Source: a virus
Lineage: Duplodnaviria; Caudoviricetes
Virus record (IMG/VR): IMGVR_UViG_3300032225_001816
Span: 1-53,165 of that record
Direction: 5' to 3' (one strand)
Length of the DNA: 53,165 nt
In this document: positions 21,371-29,598 of the stretch, in pieces
How the letters are laid out: every line of letters starts with the position of its first letter
Position numbering within the stretch: the first letter of the stretch is position 1
Position numbers and translations under genes: made by a program
Notes under the pieces: model-generated
The model's input: only the letters and a program-made list of their open reading frames with translations
The model's database searches: none
What the model was told of the DNA's origin: nothing

Positions 21371-22552
21371 ATGGAAAAAATAACATTTTGCATACCAAGC
21401 AAATCAAATTTACGATATCTTAAAACATGTATTCCTTCTATTAGAGAAAATGCTTTTAGAAAAGACCATGATATTATTGTATTTGTTGATTCTGATGAAG
21501 ATGGAACAGTTGAATGGTTAGAACAAGTTAAAGATCAATACAATTTAACATATTACATCAACCCAGAATTAGGTAAACGTTTGTTTGGTATTGGTAAAGC
21601 ATACGATCATTGCATTGAAAAATCAACCACTAAAGTGTTTATGATTTTCCATGCTGATATGATGTTGGGAGAATATGCTGATTTGAAAGCTTATAATCAT
21701 TTAAAATCTAAAACAGTAGTGTGTTCTACTCGTATTGAACCTCCTATTCATCCTAATGATGGAGAAAAAATCCAAATTGATTTTGGAATGTGGCCTGAAG
21801 AATTTAAAAAAGATGAATTTAATAAATATATTGAATCACAGTTAGATGAAACTAAAACTACGAATGGTGTATTTGCTCCTTGGATGATGTATAGAGATGA
21901 ATTTTTAGCCATTGGTGGACATGACCCAATAATGCACTCATGTAGAGAAGATTCGGATGTATTTAATAGAATGAAACTAGCAGGATTTGAATTTATTCAG
22001 CCTTGGAATTCATTGGTATATCATTTAACAGGAAGAGGAGCTGGTAGTTTTGGAGGTGATGAAAAACGTCATGAACAATGGAAACGTGATATGAATAACT
22101 CAACCAAAGAATTTATTCGTAAATGGGGTTCAAATGTTAAACATTCTCCATTAATGGATCCTATTATATCACCTAAATATAATATTGGTTTTGTAGTACA
22201 TAATTGTAATTTACAAATATTAGAAGCATTAGAACCATGGTGTGATAGAATATACACTAATGAAACTTATAGAATAGGTAGAATGTGGGATTTTGTTGAA
22301 ATAGAACAAGCTAATACTAGTTTTGATTTAAGTAAACGTGTATTAACAGTTGAACATAATGATCCTATAGCAGAAAATAATATAGTAATTGAATTTGATG
22401 GAACTAAATTAACAAACGAAAATTTCCAATTACTCCAACGATTACCCGAAATTATACATGACTCCGGTGAGATTGGACAATTTGAATTAGATATATTTAA
22501 ACTTACTATTAATAGTTTAGAAACTTATGAACATACTTTAATAAAAATTTAG
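21371..22552 (+). CDS. Glycosyltransferase (GT-A, family 2) with C-terminal extension
   Basis: TFCIPS, DGT, FHAD, IGGHD..REDSD, VYH; similar to 9592..10440. Confidence 0.85.
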   Translation: MEKITFCIPSKSNLRYLKTCIPSIRENAFRKDHDIIVFVDSDEDGTVEWLEQVKDQYNLTYYINPELGKRLFGIGKAYDHCIEKSTTKVFMIFHADMMLGEYADLKAYNHLKSKTVVCSTRIEPPIHPNDGEKIQIDFGMWPEEFKKDEFNKYIESQLDETKTTNGVFAPWMMYRDEFLAIGGHDPIMHSCREDSDVFNRMKLAGFEFIQPWNSLVYHLTGRGAGSFGGDEKRHEQWKRDMNNSTKEFIRKWGSNVKHSPLMDPIISPKYNIGFVVHNCNLQILEALEPWCDRIYTNETYRIGRMWDFVEIEQANTSFDLSKRVLTVEHNDPIAENNIVIEFDGTKLTNENFQLLQRLPEIIHDSGEIGQFELDIFKLTINSLETYEHTLIKI

Positions 22553-22577
22553 TATTTATTGGAGAAAATATAACCAT

Positions 22578-23117
22578 ATGGCTTCTCCAAAAAAATCAAC
22601 AAAACCAACGGGTCGGATCATGTCATTAGGTGACATTGAGATAGACAATGTTAATGAAATAATAGAAGTTATATACGAAATCAACGAAGAAGACGCGAAA
22701 AAAACGCAAAAAGAACCAATAAAGCTAATAGTTAACTCACCTGGTGGAGATGTTTATCACGGATTTGCCTTAGTTGATGTTATTTCAAATTCACAGACTC
22801 CCATCCATACAATATGCCATGGCCATGTCATGTCGGCTGCATTAGTAGTATACGCGGCTGGACATAAACGATTTGCAAGTCAACGTGCAACATTCATGTA
22901 TCATGAAATAGCATGGTCAATGCAACAAGAAAAACTACAACTACATTTCCAAGAAGTAAAAGAAGGGGAGAGGATGTGGAAAATATATGATGACTACTTA
23001 CTTTCCAGAACGAAATTCACAACAAAACAATTGAATGAAGTTAAGAAAACACGTGGTGAGTGGTATATGGATGTGAAAACAGCCATAAAATATGGGCTGG
23101 TAGATGAAGAAATTTAA
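22578..23117 (+). CDS. clpP: ClpP-family protease subunit
   Basis: VNSPGGDV, VMSAA (catalytic Ser), FMYHE (His), YGLVDE; third triad position appears to be E (RGEWY). Confidence 0.85.
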   Translation: MASPKKSTKPTGRIMSLGDIEIDNVNEIIEVIYEINEEDAKKTQKEPIKLIVNSPGGDVYHGFALVDVISNSQTPIHTICHGHVMSAALVVYAAGHKRFASQRATFMYHEIAWSMQQEKLQLHFQEVKEGERMWKIYDDYLLSRTKFTTKQLNEVKKTRGEWYMDVKTAIKYGLVDEEI

Positions 23118-23139
23118 TATTTATACGTAAACGATATCA

Positions 23140-23526
23140 ATGGCAATCAAACCAAAATTAGTAGTAGATGTGAACCATAATCCAACTAAAAAGGGTATTA
23201 AGGTTCAATTTGCGTTACCTCAAACAATTGAGGGTGATAAGAAAGCAGAAGCAGCACAAAAATTACAATCTAAATTAAATCAAGGTTTAGAACAATATAA
23301 TTTAACTGTATCTCAAGATACAGACGTTCCGTATAGCAACGTAATTGGTTTTTTAATTCCAATCGCTGATATTAAATTATTGATTAAGAAGGCATTAGGA
23401 ATGGGAGAAGAAGGACAAGGTGAACCAGCACCAGAAGAAATACCTGCTCCTGAAGAAGCACCTGCACCTGAAGAACCAGTTAAAGAGGTAAAAAGAATGC
23501 AGGAGTTAGCTAAAATAAAAAAATAA
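23140..23526 (+). CDS. Hypothetical protein with PAPEE repeats and RMQELA tail
   Basis: ORF; four PAPEE-like repeats; preceded by ATATTTAT. Confidence 0.7.
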   Translation: MAIKPKLVVDVNHNPTKKGIKVQFALPQTIEGDKKAEAAQKLQSKLNQGLEQYNLTVSQDTDVPYSNVIGFLIPIADIKLLIKKALGMGEEGQGEPAPEEIPAPEEAPAPEEPVKEVKRMQELAKIKK

Positions 23527-23543
23527 CTTATATTATAAAGGTT

Positions 23544-23864
23544 ATGATTAAAACTAGAAAGAAAATGAGAAGAAAAGTTCCTGTATTTAGGGTAACAGCT
23601 GAGCCAGGGGCAGATTATTCTGTATTATCGAATGCTCCCGAAATAAGGAAGGCAGTACTAGACGAAACAATCTATGCCATAAAAGATGGTATTGAAAAGC
23701 ATAAAGCATCAATCTCTCTCTTTGAAGTAGCAGACTCAGATTATTATATTGAGTTAAGTAAAGACAAATGGAAACCCACTCTTGAACATTTAATCGAATA
23801 TTACGCTGAAAAAGAAGAATACGATAAATGTGTTGAAGTTAGGGATTTAATTAGCAAACTATAA
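23544..23864 (+). CDS. Hypothetical protein with C-terminal UVR-like motif
   Basis: EEYDKCVEVRDL; resembles 26424..26738. Confidence 0.6.
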   Translation: MIKTRKKMRRKVPVFRVTAEPGADYSVLSNAPEIRKAVLDETIYAIKDGIEKHKASISLFEVADSDYYIELSKDKWKPTLEHLIEYYAEKEEYDKCVEVRDLISKL

Positions 23865-23867
23865 TTT

Positions 23868-24302
23868 ATGGAAAATAACGAAAACCATGTTAATGGAGTT
23901 AAAAAATCCATTGACGATATCCTAGGTACTGATACTTTCTTAAAACGCAAGAAAAAATCAGAAGATGATATTAATCGCGAACGATTTGAAAAAATCATTA
24001 CTACACTAGAAGAGGTTGAAGTACGTGGAATGATATTAGGAAATGATTTGAATTTAGATTTTACTGGGTATGATGAAAAATTTTACTTTGTAATTGATTC
24101 ATTGTTTCATATGCATTTTGGTAAAGAAGCAGCAGAATTAATATTCTTTTACTTATATGACCGAATCAATCCCGATGGAACCGCAAATGGCTTACAAAAT
24201 GATGAAGGGGAAATAATAGAATTATCGTCTCCAACAGATCTTTGGTATTTATTGAAAGCTATACAAGATAGAGAAAAAGGTGGAAAGGCAAAGAAAAAAT
24301 AA
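23868..24302 (+). CDS. Hypothetical protein
   Basis: 144-aa ORF tiling in operon. Confidence 0.7.
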   Translation: MENNENHVNGVKKSIDDILGTDTFLKRKKKSEDDINRERFEKIITTLEEVEVRGMILGNDLNLDFTGYDEKFYFVIDSLFHMHFGKEAAELIFFYLYDRINPDGTANGLQNDEGEIIELSSPTDLWYLLKAIQDREKGGKAKKK

Positions 24303-24333
24303 TAATTTAATAGTAAATAAAAAAACAAAAAAC

Positions 24334-24510
24334 ATGAAAAAAACAATTGCAATCGTTGCATTAGCAGCAACCCTAGCATCTTGTGGTGGTAACAGCACTA
24401 GTGAGACTCCAAAGACTGATTCTACATCAGTAAAATGTGATTCTACTAAATGCGACAGCACAAAAGGCGACAGCACTAAAGTAGTAGACACTACTAAAAA
24501 AGCAAAGTAA
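24334..24510 (+). CDS. Small lipoprotein rich in D-S/T-T repeats
   Basis: MKKTIAIVALAATLAS-C lipobox; KTDST..CDSTKCDSTKGDSTKVVDTT. Confidence 0.8.
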   Translation: MKKTIAIVALAATLASCGGNSTSETPKTDSTSVKCDSTKCDSTKGDSTKVVDTTKKAK

Positions 24511-24529
24511 TCCGGATTTAATATCCCCC

Positions 24530-24558
24530 AACTGGGACCCAGTGTCCCAGTTTTTTTT
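24530..24558 (+). terminator. Intrinsic terminator
   Basis: AACTGGGAC-ccagt-GTCCCAGTT followed by T run. Confidence 0.85.
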
Positions 24559-24570
24559 AATTTAATCGTT

Positions 24571-25173
24571 ATGCCAGCAGCCAAACCACTTTCAAAAGAA
24601 AATATCTTAAAAGCAATGCGGTTTACTAAATCAAATCGTGCCGCTGCTAAGTATTTAGGTTGCTCATATCAACACTATAAGCCGTTTGCTAAACTATTTA
24701 GAATAGATGAAAGTGATCCCAACTCACCAACACTATTCGATGCTCACAAAAACCAAAGCGGAAAAGGTATCCCCAAATTCCTACCTAATAGACGTAAAGA
24801 ACCAAATGTAAAACGTATATTTGAAGAAGGATTAGGATGGGAATCATTTACCCCTGAAAAAATAAGAGCAAGGGGTATTGCTGAAGGTTATTTGCGTGAT
24901 GAATGTTATACCTGTGGATTCAATGAACGCCGCGTTACAGACTACAAAGTACCACTCCTATTAAACTTCAAGGATGGTAATAAATGCAACTATATAGTTG
25001 ATAATTTAGAATCATTATGCTACAACTGTTACTTTTTGTATGTTGGAGATGTATTATCCCCAGATCAAATAAGATCAGTAGAAGATAATCAAACTGTCAA
25101 AGCAAAATCATTTGATTGGGACTTAGATGATGACCAATTAGATAATATGAGAGCATTAGGACTTTTGGATTAG
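24571..25173 (+). CDS. HTH plus degenerate HNH/Zn-finger protein
   Basis: SNRAAAKYLGCSY (HTH); CYTCG...LNFKDGNKCN..DNLESLCYNC (HNH-like, His residues substituted). Confidence 0.65.
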   Translation: MPAAKPLSKENILKAMRFTKSNRAAAKYLGCSYQHYKPFAKLFRIDESDPNSPTLFDAHKNQSGKGIPKFLPNRRKEPNVKRIFEEGLGWESFTPEKIRARGIAEGYLRDECYTCGFNERRVTDYKVPLLLNFKDGNKCNYIVDNLESLCYNCYFLYVGDVLSPDQIRSVEDNQTVKAKSFDWDLDDDQLDNMRALGLLD

Positions 25174-25215
25174 GCAAAATAAAGTTGTATATTCACCTCA
25201 AATAAAAAATAAAAT

Positions 25216-25476
25216 ATGGTTTCAGAACTCGCTCAAAAATTCGCTAACTACAAATTACCCTCTGAATACAAGGTAAGAACAAATTTTGTTAAAACGTTGG
25301 TTTTTACCCATGAAAATCAAGTTAATAACGATGCTATTGATTATTATATGGCTTGTCCACCATACAGAATGGAGGATGAATCGTATGATGATATGAAAGC
25401 AAGAACACGCTTCGCTAAAAAATTACTTAAATGTAGAGCATATCTCTATGATTACTCAGTTTACGAAAATAATTAA
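25216..25476 (+). CDS. Hypothetical protein
   Basis: ORF downstream of a GGCA motif. Confidence 0.6.
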   Translation: MVSELAQKFANYKLPSEYKVRTNFVKTLVFTHENQVNNDAIDYYMACPPYRMEDESYDDMKARTRFAKKLLKCRAYLYDYSVYENN

Positions 25477-25478
25477 TT

Positions 25479-25682
25479 ATGTCACAACATAAATGTTATT
25501 TAGTAGTGGGAGAATGTGATTATGAACCTCATGATTTTAGTTATGCTAAAATATTTCTTGATAAACTATCTGCTGAAGAATATGTTCAAGAGATAAAAAA
25601 TAGAGGAGATTTCTATACAAATAAAGAAAATGGATATTATGGATATCCAGAAGTTATAGAATTAGATTTAATAAATAAATAA
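25479..25682 (+). CDS. Hypothetical protein
   Basis: ORF tiling. Confidence 0.55.
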   Translation: MSQHKCYLVVGECDYEPHDFSYAKIFLDKLSAEEYVQEIKNRGDFYTNKENGYYGYPEVIELDLINK

Positions 25683-25689
25683 AATAATA

Positions 25690-25902
25690 ATGGCATCATA
25701 TTTCCAAGTAAAAGTACAATTCACTATTGAAGACAGTAAAGGTAAAGTAAAAAAACAAAACGTATTATATCTAGTAGACGCAATGTCAGTGACAGAAGCT
25801 GAAGCTAGAATGGTACAGCATCTAACAGAGCAAGGTGAGAATGAATTTGAGGTTAAAGCGGTATCCGAATCGCCAATTGCTTCTGTAGTTGTAGGTAAGT
25901 AA
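25690..25902 (+). CDS. DUF4494-like protein (Bacteroidota-type)
   Basis: YFQVKV...KVKK..YLVDAMSVTEAEAR. Confidence 0.7.
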   Translation: MASYFQVKVQFTIEDSKGKVKKQNVLYLVDAMSVTEAEARMVQHLTEQGENEFEVKAVSESPIASVVVGK

Positions 25903-25907
25903 CCTAT

Positions 25908-25993
25908 AGTCGAGTGGTGGAACTGGTAGACACGCAGGACTTAAAATCCTGTTCGCCGCAACGCGAGTGTGGGTTCGATTCCCATCTCGACTA
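25908..25993 (+). tRNA. tRNA-Leu (TAA)
   Basis: Acceptor AGTCGAG/CTCGACT; anticodon arm CAGGA-CTTAAAA-TCCTG; long variable arm; GGTTCGATT T-loop; CCA not encoded. Confidence 0.92.
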
Positions 25994-26063
25994 CGCAAAA
26001 ACTTTCCGGACGTTGGATTAAGTTCCTTACCTCAATCGTGAGATGGGTTTATAGATCCTATAT

Positions 26064-26134
26064 TGTGACATGGTGTAGCGGTAACACTACAGATTTTGAT
26101 TCTGTCATCTATGGTTCGAATCCATGTGTCACAT
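26064..26134 (+). tRNA. tRNA-Gln (TTG)
   Basis: Acceptor TGTGACA/TGTCACA; anticodon arm ACAGA-TTTTGAT-TCTGT; GGTTCGAATCC. Confidence 0.9.
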
Positions 26135-26139
26135 CTGAT

Positions 26140-26212
26140 AGTCAGGTGGCGAAACTGGTTAAACGCTACGAGCGCTTGCTCTATTGTATAGGTTCAAATC
26201 CTATTCTGACTA
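26140..26212 (+). ncRNA. tRNA-like RNA without a canonical anticodon arm
   Basis: Acceptor AGTCAGG/TCTGACT, D arm GCG..CGC, T arm ATAGG-TTCAAAT-CCTAT; middle region gives only GAGC-gctt-GCTC. Confidence 0.65.
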
Positions 26213-26336
26213 CTTGATCAACAGATCACTCATGTTAACCCGGACTTGTGGGGTGGTCTGAAAAACAAACAAGAAAGGGAGTGCCGTTATTTTACTGGTT
26301 TTGAAGATTCGGTATGCTCAATAAATCAGTAGCGCT

Positions 26337-26408
26337 GCCGCGGTGGTCAAGGGGTTAAGACGCTTCCCTTTCACGGAAGAGTCACGGGTTCGATTCCCGT
26401 CCGTGGTA
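26337..26408 (+). tRNA. tRNA-Glu (TTC)
   Basis: Acceptor GCCGCGG/CCGTGGT; anticodon arm CTTCC-CTTTCAC-GGAAG; GGTTCGATT. Confidence 0.92.
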
Positions 26409-26423
26409 CTAATATTTATGGTT

Positions 26424-26738
26424 ATGGCATGTCATTGTTTATATCTTAAAGATCAACGCGAGTTCTTCACATTAATGAAGCAACGCGACCCAGACTTAGT
26501 CTTAAAAATGGTTAAGTGTGTATTGAGTGCATCTAAGCGAAATAAAACGAAAATAGATATATTCGATATTTCATTCAAAGATATGAGTTCAATGTTGTTT
26601 ACAATTGAAAAATCGCAATATAATGACATGTTAAGTAATTGTTTGAATGATCTAATTAAAATAGAAGAATATGAGTTATGTGCTGAGATTAAGAAGCAAT
26701 TAGATAAAAAAACTAGAAAGAAAAAAGAAGTTCTTTAA
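26424..26738 (+). CDS. Hypothetical protein with C-terminal UVR-like motif
   Basis: EEYELCAEIKKQL; start moved downstream of tRNA-Glu (26418 or 26424). Confidence 0.65.
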   Translation: MACHCLYLKDQREFFTLMKQRDPDLVLKMVKCVLSASKRNKTKIDIFDISFKDMSSMLFTIEKSQYNDMLSNCLNDLIKIEEYELCAEIKKQLDKKTRKKKEVL

Positions 26739-26743
26739 AATAT

Positions 26744-27164
26744 GGGGGTGCCTTGGATTTGCTCCGAATCAAAGGATAGTATTACATGTAGTGAGATGGT
26801 TCTAACTCACTTTAATCAATGGGCAAACAAATAAACGACAATCAAGAATTATCTGATTGGACCTTCGAAGACGCTATGGCGTTTGTCGGAGCTGACGAGT
26901 ACGCTTTAGCGGCTTAGTCACCAGGGGTAACTGAAACCTTGCAACAGAACAGTACAGCTGGGGTACGCTTATGCCACTAGCGGAAGATACGAGTAAGCAG
27001 TTTTTGGACTTAAACCAAATGGTGGAGCCGGTGATCATCACTGGTTAGTTCCCTACGGTGCAGAATGTGTTTGGGATCTTTCCAGCACAAACAGTACTAA
27101 ACATGTGAGACGTTAATGCTATTGCTTTTTTACGGAAACACGGGTTCGACTCCCGTCACCTCCA
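26744..27164 (+). ncRNA. ssrA: tmRNA
   Basis: Acceptor GGGGGTG/CACCTCC with G3-U70, 3' T arm ACGGG-TTCGACT-CCCGT, internal tag frame 26837..26917 DNQELSDWTFEDAMAFVGADEYALAA*. Confidence 0.93.
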
Positions 27165-27167
27165 CAA

Positions 27168-27552
27168 CAGTTACTGTTCTTTGACATATAGGAGAAATAA
27201 AACATGAATACACAATTAGCATTTGCTTTTGGTATGCTTGCGATGGTTGCTATCACAATGTTGGTAGTGATTGTTGTAGGTATAGTTAAGGTAATCAAAT
27301 TAGAAAAATCACTCAAAGATCTTGATAGAGCATGTTCAAAAGAAGCTGAATTTATACATAGGCATATGACAGATAATGAGCGAGCTATTTACTCAGAGAT
27401 TAACGAAACTCGAAATAAATTTGATCAGTTTACAATCGATCTTAGAAAAGAACTTCAAGCATATACAGACTCAAGAATTGATAAAGCATTAGGAACAACA
27501 ACAAAGAAACAAATTTTAAAAGACTAAAAAATTAGTCAAAGAACAGTAACTG
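27168..27552. repeat. Perfect 18-bp inverted repeat (27168..27185 / 27535..27552) enclosing one gene
   Basis: CAGTTACTGTTCTTTGAC ... GTCAAAGAACAGTAACTG. Confidence 0.9.
27204..27527 (+). CDS. Membrane-anchored coiled-coil protein
   Basis: N-terminal hydrophobic helix (LAFAFGMLAMVAITMLVVIVVGIV) then a helical soluble region. Confidence 0.75.
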   Translation: MNTQLAFAFGMLAMVAITMLVVIVVGIVKVIKLEKSLKDLDRACSKEAEFIHRHMTDNERAIYSEINETRNKFDQFTIDLRKELQAYTDSRIDKALGTTTKKQILKD

Positions 27553-27581
27553 ATTTTATATTTATGTAAAATACTTAAACT

Positions 27582-28109
27582 ATGGCAGACTTTAAAAAAT
27601 ACTTTCCAACATTAGTCAAATGGGAAGGTTCATCATTCGAAGTTGTACCTGGAGATGCAGGTGGACCAACTAAATATGGGGTTATATTAGCAGAATGGAA
27701 AGCTAAAGGTTGGGATAAAGATGGAGATAAAGATATTGATGTTAATGATCTTAAATTAATTACAGCAGATGATGCTGCTAGTATAGCAAAAACTCACTAT
27801 TGGGATAAACTAAAAGCAGACGATATTAAAAATCAGTCAATAGCTGAATTTTTAATTGATTTTGCTTATAACTGTGGTGTAGGAACTGCAGCTAAAAAAA
27901 TTCAAGAATGCTTAGGAGTAATAATTGATGGTAATATTGGTCCTAAATCAATAAAAGCTATTAATGAAGCAGATCAAAAACAACTATTTAATAATTTAAA
28001 AACAAAAAGAAGAAATTATTATTTAGGTATTGTTGCTAGAAATCCACTTCAAATTAAGTTTTTAAAGGGATGGTTAAGAAGAAATGATTCTTTTAAGTTT
28101 ATAGCCTAA
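27582..28109 (+). CDS. Endolysin, glycoside hydrolase family 108 with peptidoglycan-binding domain
   Basis: WEG...DAGGPTKYGV, YWD, DFAYNCG, DGNIGPKS, FLKGWLRR. Confidence 0.9.
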   Translation: MADFKKYFPTLVKWEGSSFEVVPGDAGGPTKYGVILAEWKAKGWDKDGDKDIDVNDLKLITADDAASIAKTHYWDKLKADDIKNQSIAEFLIDFAYNCGVGTAAKKIQECLGVIIDGNIGPKSIKAINEADQKQLFNNLKTKRRNYYLGIVARNPLQIKFLKGWLRRNDSFKFIA

Positions 28110-28146
28110 TTTCGGAAAGGCAAAATTCGGATCTTATCTTTATCGT

Positions 28147-28605
28147 ATGAGTTACGTTAGAGATAAGATTTCTACTTTTACACCAGTTAAATACAATAAA
28201 TTTTTTTGGTGGCGCAGATTTAAAATGCGCGAAACATTACATCCATATAAACCATTATATGATAAAATAATAAATGGCGATTATGATGTGAGTGATTACT
28301 TCTACCAATCCAAGTATGAATTGGAATTGATGGAAGCAGAATTAGCCAAAATTAAAAATGAAGAAGATAAACACGAAAAAAGAGGGTTATGGATGGAGCG
28401 TTATAGACGTTTAAATGAAGATTACGCTAAGGATGAAGCTAACATAATGAAAAATCTATATAAAGACTTCAGAACAACTTTTAGGGTTACTGAAGAGGAA
28501 TTAGATGCCTATATGGAACAATGTGATGGTGATTTATTATGCTTATACAATACAGTAAAACAAGATTATTTAACTAAACGACCCGATTGTGCGCACCTGG
28601 TATAA
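28147..28605 (+). CDS. Hypothetical protein
   Basis: ORF downstream of a GGCA motif. Confidence 0.7.
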   Translation: MSYVRDKISTFTPVKYNKFFWWRRFKMRETLHPYKPLYDKIINGDYDVSDYFYQSKYELELMEAELAKIKNEEDKHEKRGLWMERYRRLNEDYAKDEANIMKNLYKDFRTTFRVTEEELDAYMEQCDGDLLCLYNTVKQDYLTKRPDCAHLV

Positions 28606-28939
28606 AAGAATAAAAAATATAATTCGTTGGATTCCAATACTATGGAAAGATAGAGATTGGGATTATTGGCATACTTTTGAAATATTAAAAACTAAACTTA
28701 AGTTTCAAAGTGAACATTTTCGTAAGCATGGTTACCATGAATCATCAGAACGTGACGCTGAAAAAATGGAGTTATGTATTAGATTGATTGATAAAGTTCA
28801 AAATGAATATTATTTAGATAAAGCACTAAGACAAGATTTTACTGATGAAGTAATGATTAGTGCTGTTATTAAACACGATAAAGCAAAACGAATATTATTT
28901 AAATTACTAGAACAAAATATTGAATCATGGTGGGATTAA
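28589..28939 (+). CDS. Hypothetical phage protein
   Basis: WIPILWKDRDWD...SWWD terminus. Confidence 0.7.
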   Translation: MRTWYKRIKNIIRWIPILWKDRDWDYWHTFEILKTKLKFQSEHFRKHGYHESSERDAEKMELCIRLIDKVQNEYYLDKALRQDFTDEVMISAVIKHDKAKRILFKLLEQNIESWWD

Positions 28940-29073
28940 TTTTAGCAGCTGCTATATCAGTTATAGTAGGTATTATATCATTTCTATGGGTGGAAGGAAT
29001 TGATAATATGAAACAAAATCACCCTGACTATAAAGGAAAAGATTTTTTAGATTTTGGAAACGAAGACGAATAA
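28927..29073 (+). CDS. Small membrane protein (48 aa, not in ORF track)
   Basis: MVGLILAAAISVIVGIISFLWVEGIDNMKQNHPDYKGKDFL. Confidence 0.6.
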   Translation: MVGLILAAAISVIVGIISFLWVEGIDNMKQNHPDYKGKDFLDFGNEDE

Positions 29074-29076
29074 ATT

Positions 29077-29199
29077 ATGGATACAATTCTACATATATTA
29101 GGTGTTTGTGGTGATCATAATTCTCACACTAATCTAATTTCATTATTAACAAGCGAAATGCAATACGCATTATCGTATATCAAAAACTATTTTAAATGA
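29077..29199 (+). CDS. Small hypothetical protein (40 aa, not in ORF track)
   Basis: MDTILHILGVCGDHNSH...; stop overlaps next ATG. Confidence 0.5.
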   Translation: MDTILHILGVCGDHNSHTNLISLLTSEMQYALSYIKNYFK

Positions 29200-29534
29200 A
29201 TATAATCTGGGGGATATTGTGGGGATTAGCAGCACAAATAGTTACTTTTATTCAACTACAAGGACAACTAAAGTATGACTTTTTAAAACAAAATACTTGG
29301 TTTACAGTATTAATGGGTATTCCTATCTCATTTATGTTTATGCAATCAGTAAAAAATTTTGTTGCTGGGTTTCATGGACAAATATGGCCTTCACGTTTGA
29401 TTGGATTTGGTATTGGTGTAATTGTATTTACATTAATGTCTGAAATATTATTTAAAGAACCATTCACAACTAAAACAGGTGTTTGTTTGTTTTTGGGACT
29501 ATGCATCATAGCTATTCAGGTATTTTGGAAATAA
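29196..29534 (+). CDS. Four-TM membrane protein (SMR/DMT-like size)
   Basis: Four hydrophobic segments; FKEP..K motif before last helix. Confidence 0.65.
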   Translation: MNIIWGILWGLAAQIVTFIQLQGQLKYDFLKQNTWFTVLMGIPISFMFMQSVKNFVAGFHGQIWPSRLIGFGIGVIVFTLMSEILFKEPFTTKTGVCLFLGLCIIAIQVFWK

Positions 29535-29598
29535 TGTGAATATTCTTGCTCTGAGTTATATTTATTCCCGACCAATTAACCCATTAAACTTTAAAACT

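Noticed and set aside
26222-26285. Twister-like ribozyme in the tRNA spacer
   Set aside because: TAA and ACAAG are present, but I could not build the twister P2/P4 and pseudoknot pairings; kept only as a generic structured spacer
25969-26417. ORF 25969..26217 and the N-terminal extension of ORF 26343
   Set aside because: They overlap tRNA-Leu, tRNA-Gln, the tRNA-like RNA and tRNA-Glu
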